From Lama guanicoe (Eukaryota): a DNA stretch of 64,000 bases. A program made the translations under genes and the position numbers. Positions 51,590-63,310 of this stretch are shown here, one piece after another. Under the pieces are notes generated by a model. It worked only from the letters and a program-made list of their open reading frames with translations. It was not told the origin of the DNA and searched no databases. The stretch spans positions 4,483,824 to 4,547,823 of the forward strand of contig MU054391.1 in assembly GCA_013239625.1 (NCBI GenBank), read 5' to 3'. Numbering within the stretch: the first letter of the stretch is position 1; the number at the start of each line of letters is the position of its first letter.

Positions 51590-52190
51590 CGTGGTTAGGG
51601 GTTTCAACTCTATTCCACCAATAATGAATCATGTGGCACTCGGCAAGCCCTACCGGGTCTGTGACTCCGTTTTCTCATCCATGCAAAATGTTTATAGGAT
51701 GAAATAAGATGATAGCTGCGAAAGAGCTTAGAACACTAATTGAATAAGAATGTGTGGATGGGACTGAATGGTGTGTTTATTGAATAAGAACAATGATAAT
51801 TAACATTTTTGACACCTTTCTATGTACCCATCTCACACAAAGAGCTTTAATCCAGTTCATCCTTCACAAAGAACTTTGTGAGGAAGGAGTTATTATTATT
51901 ATGCCCTTTTCAGAAGAGGAAGCTGACTCCGGAGATTTTCAATAACACTCCAAGTGACACAGCCAAGGAGCCTTAGAAATGCAGCCCCAACACAGTCAGC
52001 AGGGTTTAAGCCCACGTTATTGACCGCATAATGATAGCGATAAGAAAAATGAGGAAGGGAGGTAGAATAAACTTCACAGATTGTCTTGTTCAATACCCAT
52101 AACAGCCTTGTGAGGCAGGTATTGTCAGAGCCCCAATTTACAGATGAGAACACTGAGGCGAGGCGCAGTGGATTAACTTGCATTGGTCAT
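51590..52190. mobile_element. Cluster of three MIR fragments (one +, two -)
   Basis: 'ccgttttctcatcc...ataggatgaaataagat'; 'atgcccttttcagaagaggaagctgac'; 'ccccaatttacagatgagaacactgaggc'. Confidence 0.65.
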
Positions 52191-52629
52191 GGAGGAGAGA
52201 GAGAAGACGGATTATTTGGAAACCACAAATAGTTTGCATGCCTGTTGGAAAAGCCACACAGGGAAGTGGACAAGAAAATGGACCTTAGAGCCAGACCCAC
52301 AGGTGGGTCAGGACCTAAAATTAAGCAAATGAGCCAATTCATGTTAAAGTGTGTTATAAACTGGGAAATACTATGCAAAAGTGAAGATTCCTTATTGGAA
52401 AAGCAATTACCTTCTAAGCGGAAAAATCACCAGACACATCCCAGGAAACCCTGGGCCCTAAGATTTAGAACTTACTACAAGAAATAGCAGTGAGATTTTA
52501 ATTCAGTAAAATGGGGGGGGGGGGCAAGGGGAGGGGGAGTAAGGTAACTGCTGGAAAGTGATTACAAGAGTCTGTTTTTTAAGAAAACATGCCTGGATTG
52601 TTCCCATGGGAACTAGTGATTTGCAGGGG

Positions 52630-52711
52630 TACTTTTCAGACTTGAGGGTGCATCAAAATCTCCTGGTAACTGGGCCCCACCCCCAAAGTTCCCAGTTCAG
52701 TAGATGTGGGC
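52630..52711. mobile_element. MER5-like fragment truncated by the adjacent LTR
   Basis: 'cagacttgagggtgcatcaaaatctcctgg...ctgggccccacccccaaagttcccagttcagtagatgtggg'. Confidence 0.6.
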
Positions 52712-53164
52712 AGTTCTAGTTCGCTAGGGCTGTCATAAGAAGCACCACAAATGACACGGTTTACACAACAGAAGTGAACCGCCCACAGTTCTGGAGGCCA
52801 GGAGTCCAGCACGGAGGTTTTGCAGGGTTGGTGGCTCCTGCAGCTGTGAGGGCGAGTCTGTCCCATCCCTCCCTCTCAGCTGCCGGTGCTTCCCCGGCAA
52901 CCTCGGGGGCTCCTTGTCTTGAAGATACATCAGCCCAGTCTCTGTCTTCACATTCACGTGGCATTCACCCTGTGTGAGTTTCTGTGTCTAAATTTCCCCT
53001 CTTTATAAGGACGCCAGCCATCTGGGATTCCTCCTCCAGGATGACCTCATCTTGACTAATTACATCTGCCATGACCCTATTTCCAGAGCAGGTCACATCC
53101 AGAGGTCCTGGGATTTAGGACCCCAATCCATGAGTTTGAGAGGGACACAGTTCAATCCGTAACA
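52712..53164 (-). mobile_element. MLT1C-like MaLR solo LTR, near full length
   Basis: 'ctagggctgtcataagaagcaccaca', 'cacagttctggaggccaggagtcc', 'atgacctcatcttgactaattacatctgc', end 'ggacacagttcaatccgtaaca'. Confidence 0.9.
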
Positions 53165-53660
53165 CCTACCTTCCCTTGTATGTAACTCAGCCCCCAGGCC
53201 CTAAAGGAGCCAGATCATTGTGGGAATACATGACCACAGCACACAGCTTGCTTTCTTCTCTCCCTATTCAGCTTCCTCTAAATACATATTTCTTTGCCAT
53301 TGTACCTTCCCTCCTGGACTCCCGCAAGCTCTCTGGGAATGAAGCCCCGGGCCTTCTCAGCAGGACTTCTTGGAGCAGTAGCCCCTGACTGCCCATCTTT
53401 GTGAAGGCGGCATTCACTCGCTCAGTGGTGCTTTGTCACTCCAAGTCCTTCTCCCTCCCAGGACCCCAGTGATTCCCAAAGAGCAACTGCCTCCCCACGC
53501 ATCCATAGAGCTGGAACTCTGCGGTTACCATGGTTAATATTTCTGACTTGATTGGCACCACCAGTAATTGAACTGTGGTCTCTCGAGTGCAACACGCTCT
53601 ATTCATTAGCTCCTATTGTGTTGGGCCACTGCATCAAACCACATTATTTTTCTGCTTACT

Positions 53661-53722
53661 AAAAAAAAAAAAGGAAAGAAAAGAAAAGGAAAGAAAAAAA
53701 GAAAAGAAAGGAATAAAGAAAA
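53661..53722 (+). repeat. A-rich/(GAAAA)n low-complexity tract
   Basis: Directly visible. Confidence 0.85.
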
Positions 53723-56700
53723 GGCAGTCATGAATACAACACTGCGTTGCCATATGAGATGTTGCAGTTTTGCTTCGAGGGTGAAATCGTTTGAGACGAA
53801 ATCTAATGTTGTATCAGCTCTGGCCCCATCAAGAATGGTGAGATGTAAAGTGAGAAATCTTAATTTTGGTGGCACAGTCACACAGAATCAGAGCTGGAAA
53901 TCAAAACTAGCCGCGTCCCAGTGTTTGTGTCATGAAGGCAACTGCTCGTGTGTTTACCATGCTGTCAGCACGCTTCGAACCATCTTTGAAGCCATGTCTC
54001 CCTCACATCTATTTCTGCCCTGCCCCCATCCCCGGGACTTCAGAAGCCTTTGGTGAGTTTGTGGGAGCTTTTCTTTGAGGAATGGATGAAAAGTGCATGG
54101 ATTTGTAAAATCCTTGGGTGTTTATCTCAGGTTTCTGTTTTCCATCCTCATGGCAGTGTTTTTGTTTATTTCTAAGCTGGAGATGCTTCCTTTTTTCTCA
54201 CGCAGATTCCACTTTTTCTTTCTCTTTTTTTCTCATCTGCTTCACCACAATCTCTGGAGTTATACTGATGTCAGACTGTAAGGATCTGTGTAATATTATT
54301 AACAATAACAAAGAAAACGCAAACAAATAAGAAAAGGCCGGTTGGGGAGGTTGTTTCAATCTTCTTTTACATTCTGGTACTTATTTATAAAACTATTCCA
54401 GCTTGATCATTTCTGGCTCAGGAGATGGGAAATGATAAAACTTCAGAACTTGGGTGTGAACATCCCTGACTGTCACCTGCTCGCTGAGGGCCGAGGAAGC
54501 AGCTCCACTGGATGGATTACCTCCACCCAACCTCCTTCTCCAAACGGGTCCCTCTCAGGGCAAGTGAATGGCATCGGCTCACCTGGGCCCTCTCTTCATC
54601 ACCTGCCCCCGTTGAACCCTGAAGTCTCTCTCTTTCCAGCTGCCCATTTCTCAGCCTTCCTTGGACCCCTCACCCACACCCAGGCCCTGTGGCTCACGCC
54701 GAGAGCTCAGCCCCTGAGCGCTAATCGCCTCGTCTCTAACCAGCAGCCTCTGCCCTCCCTCTGGACTTCAAGTCAGGCTAACTGCCTAAGCCTACCTTCC
54801 CTTCATTTCCTGAGAGCTGACAAAATTACAATGATCTCCCCTCCCCCAAAAAATAACAAATGGGCAGACTTCAAGTCTGTCACAACCACAACCTAGTTCT
54901 GTTTTTCCCAGCACTACGTGAAAGACTCCGAGGCTGCCAAGACTTCCCTGAGCTCGCTGGGTCACCGCAGACTTCACCGCCCCTGTCGCCTTGCGCTTGA
55001 CTGGTCTCAGGCCCTGACCGCTGCCCGGCCCTCAAGGAATGGACGCACACGTGCTTCTTACCCCGGCCCAGTGCAGCACACTTCAACCTACGCATCCATC
55101 TAGACGTGATCACACGGCCATCCCGGCCAAGTCCCTGCTCCCGTCAGGAAGCCCTCTCCGCCTTCCTGTCCATACCAACTTGCGGGTCAGCACCGTACGG
55201 TCCCCTCACCCAGCCGCCCGGGGTGGGCCGAGTCACCCCAGCTCAGCTGGAAGCTTCTGGTCGCCAGGCTCCGTCCACTCCCCGGGACACGTTACCCAGC
55301 CCTGAAGACGTGGTCGGCACGTGCTCAGCCAGCGCTTCGAAACAATCCATCTGTGTGATGAAGACAATAGACACAAAGAAATATGCTCTAAAAAGTGCCT
55401 CCCAATGTGAAATGAGGCTGCTCTTCTCCCTGACTTCCTGGGGCTCGGAGCTCTAACTGCGCAATTGCAGAGTCCGGGGAAGCTTGCGGATCCTTCCCCA
55501 GGGCGCGGTCTAGGCCCGTGCTGGGAAACGGGTGAGTGAGTCTCCAGGCCCTGGAAGCCAGCCGCGCCTCACATCAGAGTGAAGTAACAGGGGGACACGG
55601 GACTCTTCCAAGCTTGGCCCACACCCAAGCCCCGGCTCTCGCCCCAGCGGGCTCCATGCAGCTCCCCAAACCCGCCGTGCCCTGACCCTGCCTTCACCCT
55701 GTCCCCCCTGCCCCCTTCCTCCTGGGTTCTCTGTGCTGGAAGGCCCTTGGTTCTTGTTACAAGACCCTCCCCAGTTGCCACTTTTCTGGGAAGCCTCCCC
55801 TCAAGTTCCCTGCCCGTCGCCTCCTCCATGTCCCCCCAGGCCATGTTGTCCTCGGCCGGGGCCCCCTCTATACACTCGGGCCAAGGTTCACTACTCTGCT
55901 CTCCTCCTGAGAGTCCCTTACACATCACAGCCACCTACCCTTTTCCCCTAAATTTCACAAATATCCAACCTGAGTCTTCGGCGGGAATCTGGGAGCGGCT
56001 GTGAGAACACACTGGGTCCCTAAAACCGCCCACATCCCTCTGACAGAAACAGTCACATATTGAAAGTCGCTGAGCACAGGATCCAAAGAACAGTGGGTGT
56101 CTGTCTCTTCCTTACTGCGGGGAACACGGACTCTGACATGGTGGCTTCCCGAGTATTCTCAGTAATAATTAAACATCCCATGCCAAGTAGATATTTAAAT
56201 GTGTTAGGCTCTCAGATGTGTTTCCACAGGAGTTTAGAATTGGGAAAGGCCTGCGGCGCTCACAGGGAAGCCTCTCGGGGCTGTTTCCACGCTCACTCAG
56301 ATTCGCTGGGCTGGCAGCTTGAGCTCCCGAATGAGGCTAAGACTGGGGCTTCAGCAGCTTCGTGACTTCCTCTCTCTCCAGCCAAACAACGGCCCCAGGC
56401 AGGTGCGCACCCAGAGACATGGTCCTGGCCTCCATCCAGGGCTGGAGACACCACCTTAGGTGTCGGGTGGACACCGTCCACAGTGTCTTACAGCTGGAGG
56501 GTCGGTGAGCAGGGGGAGGGTGGGTAAACAGTTCAGCCAATTCCTCCTTAACCTTCCCGGACGGACCCCAGGATGGTGGGCAGACCCGTCTGCTGGGCAT
56601 GCTACCCCTCATTTCCACGCTCAGCAGTTCAACAGGCCTCGGGCCGCCCTGTCTGGCTGGGGTCACACCTCCTGCCTGGGCTCTCTTGCAGTGTGTCCAC

Positions 56701-57954
56701 AGCACGTGTGAATCTGAATCTGCCTTTCTCTCTGACACATCACCACATAGTGTTACTACACACACACGCACACACCCCGTCCTAAGCACAGATGCTTCTT
56801 TTAGGTTCATCTTTTGGGATCTGAAAGCGGGAGGGTCCAATACAACCCTCAAGATGGTTATCGTTTCAAGAAAAATAAATGTGAAGCTATTATGATTTAA
56901 ATAACTGCAGCAAATAATTTTGACTCATCAGATTTTATCAAAAACCAGTTAACTCTAATCTTAAAAAAAAGTATAAATGCCACCTCCAAAAACTATGTGC
57001 ACAATTCAGTGTTAGTCCAACGCCAGCTCACTGACACCACCGTGTTACTTTGAAACCAAAGGGCCCCTGCAGGTGATTGAATCACCACCACGAACAACAG
57101 CCAGTTCTCCATTAACCGCTGTATGTTATTCATTGCCAATACTTTAATTTCCAGATCTTCACACTGGGAATTTTCCATATCGACTCAGTGTAGACTGAGA
57201 AACTTAATTTCAATTTTATTCAACGTTAAAATTTAATGTAATACTCAGTTTACAATTAAGACTATGTATAAACCATGATTTATAATGCATTCTGTAGTGA
57301 GTTATTACCTGGGAGTTATTTAATAAGCTAATTCCTTGGTCAAACTTACACTCAGGGAAGGAAGTGAGGTTTGATGGACGAGGGTGGGGGCGGGGGTGGC
57401 TAGGAGGACCAGATGCTGGGCGAGATGTGTTCCTAGCCTTCCTCACTAGTCCTGACAGTCGGGCTGAGGGGTGGGTGTCATTACCAAGTAATCCAGGACC
57501 TTGTGATCTTGATGCTGTCCTCACTCCCAAATCTCTTCCAGACATTTTTGTGGGTCAGCGTTTCCTGTGTGTTCAGCAAGAGGCATGGATGCAGCAGACA
57601 TGCTGAGAAAACTCAAGTGGCTGGTCGTTTCTATTTAAGGGAGTCTCAAAGCACATGCCATAAGTTCTCCTCTCTTCAGTTTCTTGACTCACACAGAGAG
57701 TCCTGAGCCAGCCCCGGGCTTGGCCTGCAGCTACTCCGGCCAACAAGCAGGTGGCTGGGTGCCCCCCAATCCCGCCTCCCCAGGGCTCCCCCTCCCCTGC
57801 ACCCTTCTCCACCTGTGGAGTGGGTAGTGCGAGGATCCTAAGTGCCTTTTTAAAAATAAAAGCATATTTAGAGTTTCCAGGATAATACATTTTGCATCAC
57901 CCTCCAATCTCCTCAGGTCCAGGTCCTATGAGAAGAACTATTTACCTATATTCT

Positions 57955-58109
57955 GTTTTTTAATTGAAGTAGAGTTGATTTACAATTTTGTGTTCCTTTC
58001 AGGTGTACAGCATAGTGATTCAGTTAGACAGACTATATATATGTACTTTTTCACATTCTTTTCCTTTATAGGTTATTACAATCTATTGAATATAGTTCCC
58101 TGTGCTGTA
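57955..58109 (-). mobile_element. Cetartiodactyl/camelid L1 3' terminus, 5'-truncated
   Basis: 'ttttttaattgaagtagagttgatttacaat...caggtgtacagcatagtgattcagtta...ataggttattacaa...tgaatatagttccctgtgctgta'. Confidence 0.88.
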
Positions 58110-59329
58110 TTCTTCATGATTCTTTCTCAACAAGTGCCCCCATAAAGTCCTGTTGAGAATTTTATTATTTTTCGAGGAAAACAAACAATGTCAGCAATTT
58201 TTAAGCCAACAGAGCCCTTCTGGCTTGGACAGCTCCCATCGACACCCCAGAATGTGGGGGTTAATAGCTCATGAAGCCCCAAAGCAGCCACTGCCCCACC
58301 CCGGGGTGTGCTTACCCATCAGATCTGTCCCTCCCCCAGGAGAGACCCTTCCAGAACCCCACGGGGCTTAGGATCCCAAGGAGCTGTTTTCCTGACCTTC
58401 TGCTTTCTTTTCTGTTGGCGCAAACTCCCGATACACAAATAGTTGCCTCTTAAGAATAGAACAAAATGCTTGCCCTCGGGCTGACACACTAAACTACTGC
58501 AGAGATGTGTTCTCGGGACAGCCTTTTAAAGTCTGTCTGCAAACAGCACCGAGATGAAATGCATCTCTGGAGCCTGGGCGGGGATGACTCTTCTGGGCAG
58601 GAACAGTCCCGCCAGCCAGGAGAGTCGCAGCCCAGGCTGCACACACGTCAGGAGGTCTAGACCGAGGCCCTTCTAATTCTGGAAGTGCAGCCATCGGCAA
58701 AGCCAGCAAACGGGACAATGGCAGATGAATGGGCCATGGACAGGATGGAGTGAGATACATTTATGAATTCAAGACGGCTTAGTCATTCCATAACATCAGA
58801 GTTAAAAATCCAAACCAGAACTAGTCATGTAATCTCTCCTTTTAAGCTATAGGGTTTTATATCATGTATACAAATGAACTTTATTTTACAAAGTGAGGAG
58901 GGATTGCCCGCATTTAATTAGCAAAGGACATCACTCTTGTTGGATGTCGACGCGTGTCGGCTTGGTCTACTTTCGGTCTTCTGTGTTCCGAGGTCTCCCG
59001 TTTGTGATTCTGTTGCTGTGTTCATGAGAATTTAGGAATGTTTCTGTCTTGACCTGCCATCACTTCCAGCTGCATCATGGGTGTGATTTAAAAACGGATG
59101 AGGAGGAGAGCGGCTTTCCTTCCCACACTGTGCTCGTGGTGACAGCACATATGTTAACTCTTTCTAGTTTTAGATGAGAGTAGGTGAACATGACGCTTAT
59201 GGCTGGCCAGATTCTCTGGATCCTTTTTTTCTTTTTTTTTTTAGCAATTGATCTAAGAAATATCTTCCTTCCAGTTACATGATGCTTCTGCAGGTAGAAA
59301 GTAACAGCCTATGATTGCATATCCAAAGG

Positions 59330-59740
59330 GAATTGTTACATGAAAAAAAAATCGCCATTGTGAATATAGAACGGAATATTAGGCAGCCAATAAAATGAGG
59401 TTTATAAAAGGAGGTATGTAAATTGATATTTTAAATGATAAGAATAAATCTGACATATAACAGTAGGGAAAGTGCAAAGTATTCTATAAATATACACAAT
59501 TAAGATTGTATTATATATAAAGAATTGTATAATCTTTACATGAAATTATATATCTACATTCATTTCTATCTAATATCTATATAAACAATGACTATGTCTA
59601 GTGGGAGGATCAGGGTGACTTTCACTTTTAAATGTTTAAAAGTAAATTTGTATGTATAAAAATAGGTTCTTATAGTTGCTGAATTTTTATAAGGACATCT
59701 TATTTTTAAGCAAAAAATTGTATTTCAAATAAAATATATT
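59330..59740 (+). mobile_element. Very old L1ME-like AT-rich fragment
   Basis: 'acggaatattaggcagccaataaaatga', 'tatgtctagtgggaggatcagggtgactttcacttt'. Confidence 0.5.
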
Positions 59741-60949
59741 TATCCCTGCAGTACCGTCATCAGTAAAGAAACAAAGCCATTCCCCACTATATGCTAATTA
59801 AAGCCATTCAACGAGGAGTCAGGTCAGTTTCTGACATTAAATACTCAACCGACTCCTCTTTTTTAGCTGTATTTTTCAGGTACTCTGTGGTGAATGCCCT
59901 ATTTTGGTAGCTTGTGTATGTGACTTAGTAAACCAGTTTTTGTTTTGTTTTTTAATAAGTGGCTTTTTAAAAATAAAATTAAAAAAAAAAACAAGAAACA
60001 AGAAACAAAGCAAAATAGCCTGGTTCTCTAATCCTGTGGATATTTTGACCCTTCAGTTTTTCCAAATAACAATCCACAGGGAAAAGAAGGGATGGATGCT
60101 TCCCAAGAGGCTTACAGAATGCTTTCTTCCCCATAACTTATAAGTTTTGAAGTGACACTCCAAAACACAGTGCAGGGGAGTGGGGGGGGGGCAATGGAAG
60201 CGTCCATGGCTGTGAAAATTTTCCTTTTCCACACCTGACTGTATTTTAATATATTAAAAGCAGCCACTATAAATGAACTGACGTTGAAAAGTGAAAGGTT
60301 CAGCCAATTCAACACACAATGGATACTGATGGGCGCCACTCAGGGGCCCGGCACCTGGTACCGTGAAGGAGCAAGGATGCAGGGGAGGAGCCGCCAGGCA
60401 CCTAAGGGCCAGTTTGCTGCACAGCATCACTTCCACCCACAAGCTTTTAAAAATCATTATTACCTACTTCCGAAAGTAGATGTTTTTCCCTAAGGATTTA
60501 AGCGAATTAACGAGTTGCACAAACATGCACATCTTGGCTTAACAAGCCAAGCTCCTCTCCCTGGCTTTCTCTGGTTCCCCGAAAACACCCGGAATCCAAC
60601 CAACTTCAAATCCTTGACCTGTGTGTGTTCTTTTGTTTTGTTTTTCACTCTTGGGAAAGTGTCCTCAAGGTAAAGCGTGTGATAGAATGTTTCTCAAACA
60701 GGTCCCAGGAGCACCCGACCTGCCGCTCCCTGGGTCCCTGGCTGTGATGGCCAAGGTTGCCATCCTGCCCTCCTCTCTCTGCATCAGTTTTACTGCACCA
60801 TCAGCTGGAAGGAAATTGGTACAGGGTGAGGAAGCAATGAACACACTATAATTTTTACAGTGCAACCACAGTAATATTGTGACAAATAGCGCAACAATGT
60901 AATTCAGCTCCTCCAGATACTCCAGGATTGTGGAGAACATTATCCTTAT

Positions 60950-61066
60950 TTCAAGAGCTAACAAGTGACTTAGGGTACCCAGAGCCTTGAGCACCCTAGG
61001 TTCCCAGTAATGATGTGCTGAGTGAACAAATAAATGAATGAATGAATGAATGTATGAATGAATGAA
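60950..61066 (+). mobile_element. L2 3' end with (GAAT)n tail
   Basis: 'cccagagccttgagcaccctagg...gtgctgagtgaacaaataaatgaatgaatgaatgaatgtatgaatgaatgaa'. Confidence 0.65.
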
Positions 61067-61464
61067 AGCAGCTAGTACTTGAGAAAATCCAGGGGATTTT
61101 TTTCTGATATATTTTTCAAGGAAGTTCTTTAAATGCCTGTTATGAAGATTTTCATTTTATTTTTATCAAGTATCTTTGATTTCAAGCTATGAGCCATAAA
61201 GAAATCTCAAATGAACCACTGGGAACCACACAGCAATAGGATCTTACAGTGGGAGAAATCCTTTAAAAATCAAAGTACATCTCCCAAATGCATTCTATTA
61301 AATAAAGCATTTATAAGGTCCTGAGAAGCTTCCAAATTTAAAAGCAAGCAAGTTTCTGAGAAACCAAAGTATGCTGCTAACTCACCCATCTTTCACATAT
61401 GTATTTTTCAGTGCAACATAGCCCAGCTGAACACAACATTTAGAATGAAAGTTATAACAGTGTA

Positions 61465-62119
61465 TTAAAAATATCGAGCAAGTGAGAAATTTATTCTACT
61501 TCAAATTCTTCCTTTTTAAAGTAGTAAAAATTCAACAGCAAAAGCTAAAGTAAACTACTTAACAAGTAAGCTAAAAGGAAGATGCTCGCCAAGCAAGTTC
61601 TGAGCACGGTTTTAAGTATCATTTAAAGTATTAAAATATTAACTCCCCCATCAAGTTATTTACGTTTAGGGAAAAAACTAGATGTAGCACTGGAATCAAA
61701 TAGGTCAACAACAAGACTAATGAAAAAGTTCTTTCCTATAAACTGAAAAGTACTTTTTAAATATATTTGAAATTCACCTGCTTGTTAATTTCATTAAAAC
61801 AAGATCGATATTTACATGTACTTCCTTGGAAAACAAGCATATTCAAGGATGCCTCAAGTCAGGAAAATTCTGGCTTTCTTTAGATAGAAAACGTACTTCC
61901 GTGCCAAGTCTTCTCCAACTATTGCTATGTTGAATCAGCCTGGTAGTTATATTTGATGATGTAGTTTTCCAGAAAATAGTTTGAACTACATTAAAATATG
62001 AACTCATAAATCAGAGGCAGAGTAACTCCTGCAGCAGCACCAAACAGACTTCAAGATCTTCTACATCATCGTACGCAGCATAAACTCAACTGTGGGATTA
62101 AAGTTTGCACAGATCTTAT
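61465..62119 (-). other. Candidate terminal exon / 3' UTR of an unidentified minus-strand gene
   Basis: Acceptor 'actcttttttcctctgtgtag|ATAAG' at 62120/62119; AU-rich body with no repeat recognised; minus-strand AATAAA at 61490-61495 followed by U/GU-rich sequence. Confidence 0.45.
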
Positions 62120-62839
62120 CTACACAGAGGAAAAAAGAGTCTGCCCTAGTCTTAAAGTCATTATATAAAGTTGCCTTTCTTTTAAAAAGCATTTTACCTT
62201 CATTATAAAATAGTACCCACTGATGTAAAAAAACAAACGTTGAAAATGTGAAAAGAGAACAAAAGAAAATCTCCTTTGATATTTTGGTTCTTTCTTTTTA
62301 AACCACACTGGAATCAAACTGTACAGAATCCTGTAATTAGTTTATTTTTTAATTTAATATTATATCTGTAGTGAAGCCCATGAGGTTCAATGTTCTTTAA
62401 CAACATAAATTACAGTGTATTTAACTATTCTTCTACCCTCAGACAACTAGGTGTTGGCCAATCTTTTGAGAAAATAAATAACATTGTAGTAAATGATAAT
62501 GGAAATTTATGTTATACTATTAAATTAAAAGCACAACTGGACACAATTTAATTTTAATTTAATCTAGTTGTAGACATTGAGCAAGAGTATTATAAATCCT
62601 GGGTCATACCCATTCATTTTTTATGGCAGGTGCAGAGCACAGAACATCCCAATGACACTTCACCAGAGGTTTAGCTTAGATTTATTTCTATGCATTAATC
62701 AATGTGTTAAAAGTCCACTTCAGTCGTAGCACCGAGCTCATACATCTCCTTCTTGCGCAAGAGACTTTAATGAATATCTTCTCAAAAAGTGTAATGAAAG
62801 CTAGGTAGTGACATGACATCATCGCCCCAGTCTGCTTAC

Positions 62840-62977
62840 CTAACAGCACGATAAAAATGAACAGCCTGGATTGATCACGTGCAGGAGGTGGAAGCGAATT
62901 CCTAGCGATCACTTTTTACTCAGACCTGTGCCTTTACAAACCACATAATTTCAGTCAGGACAGACTATTTACGCTTC
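62840..62977 (-). other. Candidate 138-nt exon carrying a stop codon (possible last coding exon)
   Basis: Long polypyrimidine tract 'tttcggttttgttcttttcttttgtatttatctctctttcaaaag|GAAGCGTAAATAG' and consensus donor 'TTAG|gtaagc'. The three frames read EA*, xKRK* and xSVNSLS*. Confidence 0.55.
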
Positions 62978-63103
62978 CTTTTGAAAGAGAGATAAATACA
63001 AAAGAAAAGAACAAAACCGAAATAACAGCGGTTCACCAAAGAGGAGTTTAGCGCCTCTCCAAGACCGCTACCGCCTTGGGTGAGCTCAGAACGCCAGAAT
63101 GTT

Positions 63104-63310
63104 AGCCGCTATATATAAAAATAGATTTTTAAAAATTTTTCTTCTGTACAGCACAGGGAACTATGTTCAGTATCTTGTAATAACCTTTGATGGAAAAAAA
63201 TATGAAAAGGAATATATGTATATATGTAAATGCAGGACTGGGACATTGTGCTGTACACCAGAGATTGACACATTGTAACTGACTGCACTTCAATTAAAAA
63301 AAAGAAAGAA
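63104..63310 (+). mobile_element. Young camelid-type L1 3' terminus with TSD
   Basis: 'ctgtacagcacagggaactatgttcagtatcttgtaataacctt...tgtgctgtacaccagagattgacacattgtaactgactgcacttcaattaaaaaaaa'. 16-bp TSD agaacgccagaatgtt (63088-63103) / agaaagccagaatgtt (63311-63326). Confidence 0.92.

Noticed and set aside
62715-62825. Minus-strand ATGATG...CTGA resembling a box C/D snoRNA
   Set aside because: Box C is imperfect (AUGAUGU), I saw no terminal stem, and I recognised no guide sequence.
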